This document shows, one piece after another, positions 10,882-20,484 of a DNA stretch of 64,000 nucleotides. The number at the start of each line of letters is the position of its first letter. The stretch's first letter is position 1. This DNA comes from Bacteroidales bacterium (GTDB taxonomy: Bacteria; Bacteroidota; Bacteroidia; Bacteroidales; UBA3824): positions 23 to 64,022 of the forward strand of contig JAKSLV010000004.1 in the NCBI GenBank assembly GCA_024401025.1. Reading direction: 5' to 3'. The position numbers and the translations under genes are program-made. Below the pieces are notes generated by a model. The model was not told the DNA's origin. It did not search any database and was given only the letters and a program-made list of their open reading frames with translations.

Positions 10882-11784
10882 TTATTTTGCATCAATGCCG
10901 TCAAGATGCCTGTGCAGGAAATCCCAGAGGCTTGTGATGTAGGCTCTGGTGTGGGACGAATCCAGCGAGTGGAATCCGTGGCCGTAGCCCTCGAAAATCC
11001 TGATGTCGCTAATCTCAGGGCCAAGGCTGTCGCTGAGGGTGTACGATTGCCTGGAGCTTACCACGTCGTCGTCGGATCCGTGGAATATCATCACGGGTAT
11101 GTTGCGGTTGATATGGCAGATGGGCGAGTATATGCGGGCCAGCGAATCAAAAGCCTCAGCATCAGAAACATCCTGACCAAAGAAAATGCCTGACACCTTT
11201 GTCTTGGCCCAGCCGGGAAGTGTGTCGAGGGCTGATACCAGGTCTACGGGTCCGAAATCGTCCACCAGACATGCTATGCGCCCCGGGCCCGATACGGTGT
11301 CGCTGTATGCCGTCATCAATGCCAGCTGCGCCCCCGACGACGATCCCCAAACCACAATCTTGCGATTGCTGTGTGGGTTGTGGAAGATATCGCCGTGGCT
11401 TCTCACGTAATCGAGGGCGGCGCGGCAGTCGGCCAGGGAGTGCACGAGAGAGTGCCCATCTAGGTCCACAAGCCTGTATTCCACCGATACCACCACGCAT
11501 CCGCTGTCCACAAGAGATTCCACCACATGGTTGCGGTAGCGCTGACGTATCTTGTTGCGCGATCCGGCCACCCATGTGCCGCCGTGGAAGTATACAAACA
11601 GAGGAGCCTCAGCATCAGGGCCCTGATGCAGCGGACTGTATACATCCATCACAAGGCTCTCGCCATCGATGCATGCATATTCTATGGTCTCGAAATTGCA
11701 GTTGGAGGGCGGGCCGGGTATGCAGCCGGAGCACACGCCTATTATTAATAGAAGGGCTGGTATCAGAAACCTAAAGCTTGTCAT
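10882..11784 (-). CDS. alpha/beta hydrolase (esterase/lipase type), lipoprotein-like N-terminus
   Basis: HGGTWVAGS oxyanion motif, GSSSGAQLA nucleophile elbow (GxSxG), HGSDDDVV, GYGHGF. N-terminus LLLIIGVCSGC. Confidence 0.75.
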   Translation of the reverse strand: MTSFRFLIPALLLIIGVCSGCIPGPPSNCNFETIEYACIDGESLVMDVYSPLHQGPDAEAPLFVYFHGGTWVAGSRNKIRQRYRNHVVESLVDSGCVVVSVEYRLVDLDGHSLVHSLADCRAALDYVRSHGDIFHNPHSNRKIVVWGSSSGAQLALMTAYSDTVSGPGRIACLVDDFGPVDLVSALDTLPGWAKTKVSGIFFGQDVSDAEAFDSLARIYSPICHINRNIPVMIFHGSDDDVVSSRQSYTLSDSLGPEISDIRIFEGYGHGFHSLDSSHTRAYITSLWDFLHRHLDGIDAK

Positions 11785-12415
11785 TGAAGAAAATAACCAT
11801 TATCATTACCGAAATGCCGAACAGCATTATGGAAATGCCCATTATCTTATTGATCCACAGCAAAACGCGCGGACCTATCTTGCGGCGGAAGATGTTTACG
11901 ATGCTCACCAGGAGGGTCCACCAGAGGATGGCGCCTATGATAACGCCCAGCAGCTCCACGCATGTATCGGCAAAGCCGGGAGTATTTACCGATCCCGACG
12001 CCGTGAAGAGAGTACCGAAAACAATGATTGTGAGAGGGTTGGACACTGTGAGCGCAAAACTGGTGGCAAATCCCGAGAAGGGGTTTTTCTTGTTGCTCTG
12101 AGGCGATTTGGCCTGTTTCCACTGCTCCACGGGATTGGCCCTGAAAACCTTGAGGCCCAGGTATATCATAAGCAGGCCGCCCACTATGCCGAGCACCAGA
12201 CGGTTCTCGATAAGGAAATTGGAGATGTATGTAAGGCCGAAACCGGCTATTATGGCATAGACGAAATCGCCGAAGGCCGACCCCACGCCCATAAACCAGC
12301 CGTGGAAGAATCCGCGCTGGATGGTTTTCTGCATGCACAGAATGGCCACCGCTCCTACCGGGCTGGCGGCAAGCAAACCAATTATTACACCGCTATATAG
12401 GGTCTGAATATCCAA
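11771..12415 (-). CDS. LysE/RhtB-family amino-acid exporter
   Basis: 214 aa, about 6 hydrophobic helices, LysE-type N-terminus GLLAASPVGAVAIL. Appears to start at TTG (12413-12415). Overlaps the downstream hydrolase start by 14 nt. Confidence 0.7.
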   Translation of the reverse strand: MDIQTLYSGVIIGLLAASPVGAVAILCMQKTIQRGFFHGWFMGVGSAFGDFVYAIIAGFGLTYISNFLIENRLVLGIVGGLLMIYLGLKVFRANPVEQWKQAKSPQSNKKNPFSGFATSFALTVSNPLTIIVFGTLFTASGSVNTPGFADTCVELLGVIIGAILWWTLLVSIVNIFRRKIGPRVLLWINKIMGISIMLFGISVMIMVIFFNDKL

Positions 12416-12496
12416 TTTTGTTAAAGTTGCTAATTAATATTTGTGTGAAAAAACGGTGCAAATTTATAAATTAAGTCAGAGATTAAAAAATAAAAA

Positions 12497-12543
12497 ATGC
12501 AAAAAAATAAAGGCTGGCCGCCTTTTGCAAGCAACCAGCCTTT
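12497..12543 (-). terminator. rho-independent terminator after the gldJ-like gene
   Basis: Stem aaaggctgg / ccagccttt (12509-12517 / 12535-12543), followed on the - strand by a T-run. Confidence 0.55.
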
Positions 12544-12575
12544 ATCCATAATGATTATATCCTCATTTGCGAAGA

Positions 12576-14111
12576 TTATTTTTTCTTTCCAGAAACGCCT
12601 GAAGGGCTACCCACACGGATCATGGCGCAACGGAAACCGAGGTCGTCGGCGCAACGGTCCTGCTGGAGGTAACGTCTTGTGCCAGGCACCATCCAGTATA
12701 CGCGGTCTCTCCATCCACCGCCCTTGTATACGCGAACCATATCGTTTACGAGAGACGACATTGGGTTGTTCTCGGTGTTCTGGTTGTGGTACATACGCTC
12801 CGAACCTACATTGCCCTCATCCTCGTTGGTGAGCCACTTGTTCTCGTCGATAGAAGACTGGAGGTCACCATCCTTGTAGTTGATGTTGTCGGCGGTCTTG
12901 TAGTTGTTTCTGTTGGCAGACTCCTCGTCGGTCATGCGGCGGTACTCGAGACGTCCGGTGGTATCGTTGAGGATGTACTCGTTGGCATCGTCCTTTGCCA
13001 ATACCTCGAAGATGTTACCACGGAATGGGTTGAAGTCCTCGTTGTCGAGGTTGGTGTAGTTACGGTAAACATCAAGCACCCACTCGTTTACGTTGCCGGC
13101 CATACAGTAGAGACCGTAGTCGTTTGGCCAGTAGCTGTCAACAGGAGCTGTAGGAGCGGCGTTATCGTTCAGGTAGCCGGCCACACCCATGAGGTCGCCT
13201 CGGCCACGCTGCATGTTGGCGCGGAAGAGTCCTCGGTTGGCCTTCTCCTCGTTACGTACGTAGTGGCCGTTCCAAGGATAGAGTCTCTGGTTTACGATAC
13301 GCTCTGGCGAACCCTGAGAGTTGCCGATGAGCGCGAGAGCTGCGTACTCCCACTCGGCCTCGGTAGGCAGACGGTATGATGGCAGCATGATACCATCCTC
13401 CATCTTGGCAGGACGCGCGCCGTCTGGAGAAGATGGCGAAGGAATGTTGTGACGAACGGTACCGATGTACTTGCCGGCGATGTATGCGTCGGTATTGAAG
13501 TTGTTGGAACCCTTCTGATCGGGTTCGTAGTCCAGGATACCGTAGTCGATGAGGGCTTTCTCATTAACACGGTCGGTACGCCAGAGGCAGTACTCGTTGG
13601 CCTGCTCCCACGAAACGCCTACAGCAGGATAGTCGTTGTAGGCAGGGTGGCGGAAATAGAACAGCACGTATGGCTCGTTGTAAGCCAGACGTCTGCGCCA
13701 GCACAATGTATCGGGCAGTGCCTTGAAATACAGCTCGGGATACTCATCGAAGAACACCTTGTATACCCAGTTGAGGTATTCGCGGTAGTCCACGTTCGAT
13801 ATCTCGGTCTCGTCCATATAGAATGAAGATACAGTTACACGCTTTCTCATGGAGTTCCAGTCGTACATAATGTCCTGCTCCAAGCTACCCATTGTAAAAG
13901 TACCGCCTTCTATAAGCACCAAGCCAGGACCTGCGTCCTGCTCCACATATTCAGCTACCTCGAAACCGCCCATCTTGGGATCGTTGTAGCCCCATCCGGT
14001 TTTGCTGGATGCTCCGCTGCGCTGCTGTACCTTGGGGCCGCATGACGTCATCATCATCGATCCGCCTGCCAGCAAGCCTGCAAGCATCATTATCTTCAAA
14101 CTTACTTTCAT
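12576..14111 (-). CDS. gldJ: GldJ-like gliding/T9SS lipoprotein (SUMF1/FGE-fold, GldJ/PorK family)
   Basis: Lipoprotein signal MKVSLKIMMLAGLLAGGSMMMTSC. Motifs GGTFTMGS, FYMDETEISNVDYREYLNWV, ALPDTLCWRRRLAYNE, FRHPAYNDYPAVGVSW. The track start at 14132 is TTG; the ATG is at 14111. Immediately downstream of a PorP/SprF gene. Confidence 0.7.
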   Translation of the reverse strand: MKVSLKIMMLAGLLAGGSMMMTSCGPKVQQRSGASSKTGWGYNDPKMGGFEVAEYVEQDAGPGLVLIEGGTFTMGSLEQDIMYDWNSMRKRVTVSSFYMDETEISNVDYREYLNWVYKVFFDEYPELYFKALPDTLCWRRRLAYNEPYVLFYFRHPAYNDYPAVGVSWEQANEYCLWRTDRVNEKALIDYGILDYEPDQKGSNNFNTDAYIAGKYIGTVRHNIPSPSSPDGARPAKMEDGIMLPSYRLPTEAEWEYAALALIGNSQGSPERIVNQRLYPWNGHYVRNEEKANRGLFRANMQRGRGDLMGVAGYLNDNAAPTAPVDSYWPNDYGLYCMAGNVNEWVLDVYRNYTNLDNEDFNPFRGNIFEVLAKDDANEYILNDTTGRLEYRRMTDEESANRNNYKTADNINYKDGDLQSSIDENKWLTNEDEGNVGSERMYHNQNTENNPMSSLVNDMVRVYKGGGWRDRVYWMVPGTRRYLQQDRCADDLGFRCAMIRVGSPSGVSGKKK

Positions 14112-14190
14112 ATTGTATAGAGTTTTAAACAAATTTTCACAATTATAACTACAAACATTGCCTTATTATTGTCTAGGCCGCAATGTTTTT

Positions 14191-15117
14191 TCAATAATTT
14201 TTAATTTTGTATTTCAGGCAGGCCTCGGTGGCCCCGCCGGCCTGCCTCAGCACACTCTGAAGCTCGAAATCATGGCCCACGCCAAGCTCCAGTCTGCCAA
14301 ACGAATACCCCGCGTATGCCGACAGGGCCGCCGCCGTCATGTATTTGTTGATGGTGGTCCTTACGGCCAGCGATAGCATCAGCCTCAGGCCCTGATAATA
14401 CACTCCGGGCATCACTATATTATTATAAGGTGTGCGCGAGTATGTAACGCACGGCACCAGAAACTGTTTCTCGCGGTCGGGGTTGCCGTCTATCACAAAT
14501 TTGTGGTTCAGCATCAGGGAAAACCCCATTGCATCGCCCGTGCCGCCATCGATATCCAGCCTTGCCAGCCTCTGGAAACCCAGCCCCAGCAGCGTGCGCC
14601 TGGTGTATAGCACGGCTCCGGCGCTCAGGTACAGCTGGCTGTATCTTGTGGCTGATACTTTCTCTGATGCCGGCCCCACCTGCCCCGTGGCCCTGTCTAT
14701 CATGGAATAGTATACCAGATTCTGCTGGCTGAGGCCGCGTGATGTGTATCCGGCCTCGATGCCCATCGACAGCTTCAGGTTGTCGGCAAGCGACGCCTCG
14801 TAGGCATACACGGCCGAGAAACCCGTGCTTCCGTAGGCGCCTCCGCCCTGCATGTTGCCATAGGCGCGCGCGCCCATGCCGCTGCTGATGCCAGGCAGTT
14901 TTTGCTGATACTCAGCCATATAAATGCGGTATCCGCCATCTATGCCCGGCCACTGGCTGCGCACGGAGCATCCCAGCTCGCTGTAATCGCCCACCGACAC
15001 AAAGGCGGGGCTCAGCGACAGCTTGTCGAGAAAATACTGCGAGAAACTGTAGTCCTGCGCGGCCGCAAATGAGGCGCGCAGCACCAACAACAGCGATATG
15101 TAAATAAGTCTGCGCAT
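14191..15117 (-). CDS. T9SS membrane protein, PorP/SprF family
   Basis: Signal peptide, then AAQDYSFSQYFLDKLSLSPAF, which matches the PorP/SprF N-terminal signature. About 300 aa, beta-barrel-like, aromatic C-terminus. Confidence 0.75.
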   Translation of the reverse strand: MRRLIYISLLLVLRASFAAAQDYSFSQYFLDKLSLSPAFVSVGDYSELGCSVRSQWPGIDGGYRIYMAEYQQKLPGISSGMGARAYGNMQGGGAYGSTGFSAVYAYEASLADNLKLSMGIEAGYTSRGLSQQNLVYYSMIDRATGQVGPASEKVSATRYSQLYLSAGAVLYTRRTLLGLGFQRLARLDIDGGTGDAMGFSLMLNHKFVIDGNPDREKQFLVPCVTYSRTPYNNIVMPGVYYQGLRLMLSLAVRTTINKYMTAAALSAYAGYSFGRLELGVGHDFELQSVLRQAGGATEACLKYKIKNY

Positions 15118-15229
15118 GCCGTGGACGCCGTTTTAATATGGCAGCGCAAATTTATCAAAAAAAACTGAAAATTTTATTTCGATTTATGAAAAACAAAAAT
15201 TAATTTTACGATTTGAAACTTTAATCACA

Positions 15230-16390
15230 ATGAGACAATACATTATATCGATTCTCCTGGCCTTGCAGGGATTGTGCGCAATGGCGCAAGACGACTCTAT
15301 CGCCCTGAGGATCAGCATACTTACCTGTGCGCAGGGCGACCAGATATACTCGGCCTTCGGACACTCGGCCATAAGGGTGAGGTGTCCCGAAAGAGGCTTC
15401 GACAGAGTGTACAACTACGGCACATTCGACTACACCCAGCCGCTTTTTGCGCTGAAATTTGCCCGCGGCTACCTCGACTATGCCCTCACGGTGTACAATT
15501 TCAGGCTGTTCAGCTACGAGTATCTCCGCGGAAAAAGGCAGGTATCAGAGCAAGACCTAAACCTGTCGCCTAGGCAGGCGCAGGCAATGTTCGCATATCT
15601 GGAATGGAACGCACTGGAGGAAAACAGATACTACCGCTACAATTTCCTCTACGACAACTGCGCCACCAAGATACGCGACATCCTGAAGAAGGCTTGCGGC
15701 CCCGACATACAGTTTCCCGAAAGCAACTACGACTTCACCCTTAGGCAGTCGATAAACAGCAAGATCTCCAACATGCCGTGGCTGAGGATGGGCGTATCGC
15801 TGCTGATGGGTTTGCCCGTAGATAAAAAAGCAACATCAGAAACCGCCATGTTCATGCCCGACTACGTGAGCGAGACCCTGAGCCACACCACATTGCAGCT
15901 AAACGGCGGCAGCGTGCCTCTGGTGGGACAGACACGCGTAGTGATAGACTATCCGCCGGTGGAAACCGCCGACTGGCTTACATACGTATCGCCAAGCCTG
16001 ATACTCTGGCTGATACTGGCAGCATGGGCACCGATTACATACCTGGAGATAAAGAAAAAAAGATACAGCGCCTGGGCCGACGCCACGATGATGTGCCTTA
16101 CCGGATTTCTGGGAATAGTGGTGGCCATGGCGTGGTTCATGTCGGAACACACGGTGTGCGCCTACAACCTCAACATCCTGTGGCTGTGGCCCGTGCACAT
16201 AGTGGCGGCATGGAAAACCAAGAGCACTGCCAAATTCTGGACCACATACTACAAGGCCGCGGCCATAACATGCGGAATATTCGCCATAGCGGGTCCGCTG
16301 ATGCCGCAGCAATACGACGTGGCATTCTACCCGATGCTGCTGATAATGACAATGCGATTTGCAAGAATAGGCTTCTGCCGCATAAAGTAA
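15230..16390 (+). CDS. DUF4105/Lnb-family membrane protein (candidate Bacteroidota lipoprotein N-acyltransferase)
   Basis: Periplasmic N-domain ILTCAQGDQIYSAFGHSAIRV...YNYGTFDY followed by several TM helices. Confidence 0.6.
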   Translation: MRQYIISILLALQGLCAMAQDDSIALRISILTCAQGDQIYSAFGHSAIRVRCPERGFDRVYNYGTFDYTQPLFALKFARGYLDYALTVYNFRLFSYEYLRGKRQVSEQDLNLSPRQAQAMFAYLEWNALEENRYYRYNFLYDNCATKIRDILKKACGPDIQFPESNYDFTLRQSINSKISNMPWLRMGVSLLMGLPVDKKATSETAMFMPDYVSETLSHTTLQLNGGSVPLVGQTRVVIDYPPVETADWLTYVSPSLILWLILAAWAPITYLEIKKKRYSAWADATMMCLTGFLGIVVAMAWFMSEHTVCAYNLNILWLWPVHIVAAWKTKSTAKFWTTYYKAAAITCGIFAIAGPLMPQQYDVAFYPMLLIMTMRFARIGFCRIK

Positions 16391-16419
16391 CCACCCCAAA
16401 AAACAACAGACACCACACC

Positions 16420-18333
16420 ATGACACTACACAAAATACTAGGGAAACTGATATTGCCCGCCGCAATGCTGATGCCTATGGCCGCATCGGCACAGGACATG
16501 CTGACCGTAAACCCCGAGTTCAAGAAGGTATCGAGCTTCGAGTTCAACAACGAGTGGCACTACCTTACATCCGAGATGTTCCTCTTCAACGGCACAAAGT
16601 TTCAGCCCCTCGTAAACGACCTGTATGCCAACGTGCCCAAAAAGAGCAAGACATCTCTGCCCAGCCCAGAGAACATCCTGATAACCGCCAAGATAGACGG
16701 CACAGCTCTCGGAAACCTCAGCTATCCGATATTCAACTTCAACATCAGCACGGGAAGCAACGGACAGCTGATGACCTACACCATGGACAGCTACGAGGCC
16801 ATAAGGATAATGGACAACCTGCCGCTATCATCGCTAAGCAACGGCAAGATAGACTGCAACATAAACGTGGACCTTATCACCAAGGACAAGCCAAACAAGA
16901 TATACGAGTTTGTGGCATCGCAGCTTGGACAGATATCCAACTGGACCACCACGCCGCTTACCGCCGCCAAAACCCTGGTGGGCGAGCTGGGCAACCTTAT
17001 CACCACCAAGACAAACAACAAGGAATACAAGTTTAATTCCACCATACGACTCTACGAGGAGGAGGACTTCAGCAAGAGGGTGGCCTCCATAAGCGTGTAC
17101 TCCTTTATCCCATCCAGGATCCACCAGGCCGACATCGATTCTTCGGCAATAGCCAAATACCTGAACACCAACGACAACCCCAAGCTGGACAGATCGAGAC
17201 TGAACACGCTGATACGCTGCGACAAGTATCCCTTCATGGTGATAGTGAACTACAAATCTAAATACGTGTCGGAGCCCGTAATTGGCGACGAAACCACATC
17301 CGAGACCGTGGACGCACGACTCTCAAAGGTGAAGAAGGCATACGAATCGGGCCTGCTGAGCTCCGACATCTACACTCAGGAGCTTAAGCTGGTGGAATAC
17401 CTCTACGCTTTCGTTACCCTGAAATCTAGCATCAACAACTACCTGCTCAACTACAAAAACAAGATTACCGACGATTTCAGGATGCAGTACACCCAGATAT
17501 ACGACAACTATCTGCACCTGAGGGGAATACTGAACACCCGCAAGATAGAGTTTGCCAAGAGCGCAATCTTCATCAACGAGTTTCTATCCACCTACAACAC
17601 CATACTCACCAACGCCGAGATGTATCTGGATGGCGACAACAACCTGCGCAACCTGAAAAACATAGCCAAGCTCATGACCGATCCCGACGCTGACGCCGCC
17701 AAGTTCGACGCCGAGCGCAACGAGAAAAACCTGGCGATACTCCACTCGGTGGAATTCCCCACCGACCATCCCGAATTCAACAACGTGGCCGACCTCATGG
17801 CAAAAATCAGCAAGCTGGAAAACGAGCAATACAAGAACGTATTCAGCAAAAAAGTAGACAAGCTGAAGCTGATGCAGCCAAGCGCCGAGGCCACCACTTT
17901 CTGCGAGAGCCTGAAGAACGAGATGAACACCACATACTGCCGCAGCTGCCGCGAAAACGTTAATTCGGCCATCAACGACTACCTGCAGCGCCTCGACAGC
18001 GAGAACCTACGCAATGCACAAAAGAGGCTCAGCAACACGATATCACAGGCCAAAGACCAGATATTCAACATATTGCAGAAAGAGAAAATCATCCGGAAAC
18101 ATTTCGAGCAGGATTATGGCGACACACTGCCCGACGATGTGGAGTACATACATGAGGATTTCGAAAAACTCCAAAACAACCGCGAAAAACTTCAGTCTGT
18201 AATCAAAAAAGACTATTCGGACCAAAATACTACACAACTCAACCTAATATCAGACAATATTGAATACGAGGCGCAAGATTTGGCAAAAATTTTGGATAAT
18301 ATTTGCAAGAAAATGCCCGAACTTTGCGAATAA
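16420..18333 (+). CDS. hypothetical secreted protein, 637 aa, helical/coiled-coil C-terminal half
   Basis: Signal peptide MTLHKILGKLILPAAMLMPMAASAQ at internal ATG 16420 (residue 133 of track ORF 16024..18333; the upstream part overlaps the preceding gene). I recognise no family. Confidence 0.6.
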   Translation: MTLHKILGKLILPAAMLMPMAASAQDMLTVNPEFKKVSSFEFNNEWHYLTSEMFLFNGTKFQPLVNDLYANVPKKSKTSLPSPENILITAKIDGTALGNLSYPIFNFNISTGSNGQLMTYTMDSYEAIRIMDNLPLSSLSNGKIDCNINVDLITKDKPNKIYEFVASQLGQISNWTTTPLTAAKTLVGELGNLITTKTNNKEYKFNSTIRLYEEEDFSKRVASISVYSFIPSRIHQADIDSSAIAKYLNTNDNPKLDRSRLNTLIRCDKYPFMVIVNYKSKYVSEPVIGDETTSETVDARLSKVKKAYESGLLSSDIYTQELKLVEYLYAFVTLKSSINNYLLNYKNKITDDFRMQYTQIYDNYLHLRGILNTRKIEFAKSAIFINEFLSTYNTILTNAEMYLDGDNNLRNLKNIAKLMTDPDADAAKFDAERNEKNLAILHSVEFPTDHPEFNNVADLMAKISKLENEQYKNVFSKKVDKLKLMQPSAEATTFCESLKNEMNTTYCRSCRENVNSAINDYLQRLDSENLRNAQKRLSNTISQAKDQIFNILQKEKIIRKHFEQDYGDTLPDDVEYIHEDFEKLQNNREKLQSVIKKDYSDQNTTQLNLISDNIEYEAQDLAKILDNICKKMPELCE

Positions 18334-18399
18334 AATTGCATTGCTACATAATAAACAGCAAAGTTTGTCCGTTTTCAAATTTGTACAATACACCCTACT

Positions 18400-19428
18400 A
18401 TGAGAAAGGCATTTATATATATACAAATAATAGTGGCTCTGGTGATGCTGAACCTTGCAAAAGCAAAGGCTCAGATTATCCAGTTCTCGCAATTCTACGC
18501 TGCACCGCTATTCCTGGCGCCATCATACGCCGGAGAGTGTTTCGGCAGCAGAATATCGCTAAACTACCGCAACCAATGGCCCGAGGTAGGAATGTTCAAC
18601 ACCTACGCACTGGCCTACGACCAGAACCTCTACAAGATAAACAGCGGCGTGGGCATGATGGTGCTCCGCGACGACGCCGGTGATGGCGACCTGGCCCTCA
18701 CCACTGTGGATATCTGCTACTCATGGTGGACACACGTAAACCAGCAATGGATTTTCCGTCCCGGAATAGGCCTAAAGTACAATCAGAGAAGCATCAATTT
18801 CCAGGACCTCATCTTCGGCGACATGATCGACGAGATGGGTAACATCACAAAGCACACAATAGAAAACCCACCACTCACCCACAAGCCATTCCTTGATATG
18901 CAGGTATCAGGACTTATGTATTCCGACAAATACTGGGGAGGCATCTCGGTGGACCACCTGCTGAGACCAAAGGCTTCGCTCTACGACGACAACAACTACC
19001 ATGAGGATATGAAACTCACCATCTTCGGTGGTGCCAAGATTTATGTGGGCGGCGCTTCCACAAGCCGCGGACGCAAGGACAAGGACGATCTTCAGAGCGT
19101 TTCGTTCACACTCCTCTACGATTTCTCTAAGCTTTCCGACAACCTCTACCTCGGCGCCTACTGGCACAAGGACCCATTCACTCTCGGAGCATGGATAAAG
19201 GGTATTCCTGTGGCAATACGCAAGGATTCCTACAGCAACATCGACGCCATGGTGGTGATGCTCGGATACAAGATCTTCGATTTCCACGTGGGCTACAGCT
19301 ACGATTTCACCATCGGTCACCTCCTGAGCTCTACCGGAGGCAGCCACGAGATTTCTATTCAATACGAATTCATGCCAAAGGCAAAGGGAAAGAAACGCCA
19401 CAGCGTAATTGCCTGTCCAAGACTCTAA
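18400..19428 (+). CDS. T9SS membrane protein, PorP/SprF family (second copy)
   Basis: Signal peptide, then KAQIIQFSQFYAAPLFLAPSYAGE signature. 342 aa. Confidence 0.75.
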   Translation: MRKAFIYIQIIVALVMLNLAKAKAQIIQFSQFYAAPLFLAPSYAGECFGSRISLNYRNQWPEVGMFNTYALAYDQNLYKINSGVGMMVLRDDAGDGDLALTTVDICYSWWTHVNQQWIFRPGIGLKYNQRSINFQDLIFGDMIDEMGNITKHTIENPPLTHKPFLDMQVSGLMYSDKYWGGISVDHLLRPKASLYDDNNYHEDMKLTIFGGAKIYVGGASTSRGRKDKDDLQSVSFTLLYDFSKLSDNLYLGAYWHKDPFTLGAWIKGIPVAIRKDSYSNIDAMVVMLGYKIFDFHVGYSYDFTIGHLLSSTGGSHEISIQYEFMPKAKGKKRHSVIACPRL

Positions 19429-19449
19429 CAAAATTCCCTGCATAATATA

Positions 19450-19530
19450 AAAACAGCAAACCCTGTCAGAAGAAAAATCACTCTCCGCCAAATCGGGAAG
19501 CGAACTTTTTTCGACAGGGTTTGCTGTTTT
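19450..19530. terminator. 18-bp perfect inverted repeat between convergent genes (bidirectional terminator candidate)
   Basis: aaaacagcaaaccctgtc (19450-19467) pairs with gacagggtttgctgtttt (19513-19530). The loop is 45 nt. Confidence 0.55.
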
Positions 19531-19558
19531 ATGCAGTATCAGTATACAAATAAAAAAA

Positions 19559-20482
19559 TCAATTTACAACCGCCCTCCTTATAAGATAAGGCGCCAGAAT
19601 CTCCCGGAATGGCTTGGCCACATCGGCCTCCACGTAATCCATGCCGAACATTCCGCAGCGGCTCCTGAGCCTCTCGCAGAAATCGCCCGACATCTGCCTG
19701 TACACATCGCGGTATTCCATGGGATTAAGCGAAATCTGCTCGCCGGTCTCCAGGTCCACAAACCTGTGGGGACGGTTCTCGAAATCGAAATCGAGCTCGG
19801 TGCCGCGGTCCAGAACGTGGAAAAGCACCACATCGTGCTTGGCATGCCTCAAGTGCTGAAGCGCGGAGAAAAGCTCGTCGTCGCTGCATGAATCCATCAT
19901 ATCGCTGAATATAAGCACCATGCTGCGGCGGTGTATGCTCTCGGCCACCTGATGCAGGCAGTCGGCTATGGTGCCATCTTCGGGCTTTGGCTGGGTAGAA
20001 ACATCACGGCTGTGCTGGGCCAGATCGTCCAGCTTGCTGAAAAGCATCTTGGCGTGAGTGGCGCTCACCTTGGCATCAGAGGCAAAATCTATCTTGCGGT
20101 CAAAGAAAGTAAGCGACACGGCATCGCGCTGACTGCGCAGCAGATTGATGCATGCGGCGGCGCACACGCAGGCAAACTCCAGCTTGTTGAACCTGGCATC
20201 CTTGGGATAGCGCATGCTCTGCGATGTATCTATCAGGATATGGCAGCGGAGGTTGCTCTCGTCCTCGTAGCGTTTCACGAAAAGCTTCTCGCTGCGGGCA
20301 TATAGTTTCCAATCGATGTGACGGGTGCTCTCGCCCTTATTATAAAGGCGGTGCTCGTTGAACTCCGACGAGAAACCATGGAAGGGGCTCTTGTGGAGGC
20401 CGGTGATGAAACCTTCTGTAACATGGGCCGCCACAAACTCCAGATTGTTGAGGTCAGTAATCTCGGAAAGACGTGTAATCAT
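19559..20482 (-). CDS. DUF58 domain protein (vWA-like, MoxR-associated family)
   Basis: Classic DUF58 core HGFSSEFNEHRLYNKGESTRHIDWKLYARSEKLFVKRYEDE...LIDTSQSM. Confidence 0.8.
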   Translation of the reverse strand: MITRLSEITDLNNLEFVAAHVTEGFITGLHKSPFHGFSSEFNEHRLYNKGESTRHIDWKLYARSEKLFVKRYEDESNLRCHILIDTSQSMRYPKDARFNKLEFACVCAAACINLLRSQRDAVSLTFFDRKIDFASDAKVSATHAKMLFSKLDDLAQHSRDVSTQPKPEDGTIADCLHQVAESIHRRSMVLIFSDMMDSCSDDELFSALQHLRHAKHDVVLFHVLDRGTELDFDFENRPHRFVDLETGEQISLNPMEYRDVYRQMSGDFCERLRSRCGMFGMDYVEADVAKPFREILAPYLIRRAVVN

Positions 20483-20484
20483 CT

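Noticed and set aside
19559-20482. DUF58 as a marker of a Bat/MoxR aerotolerance operon.
   Set aside because: No MoxR ATPase, vWA or TPR Bat genes are adjacent in this window.
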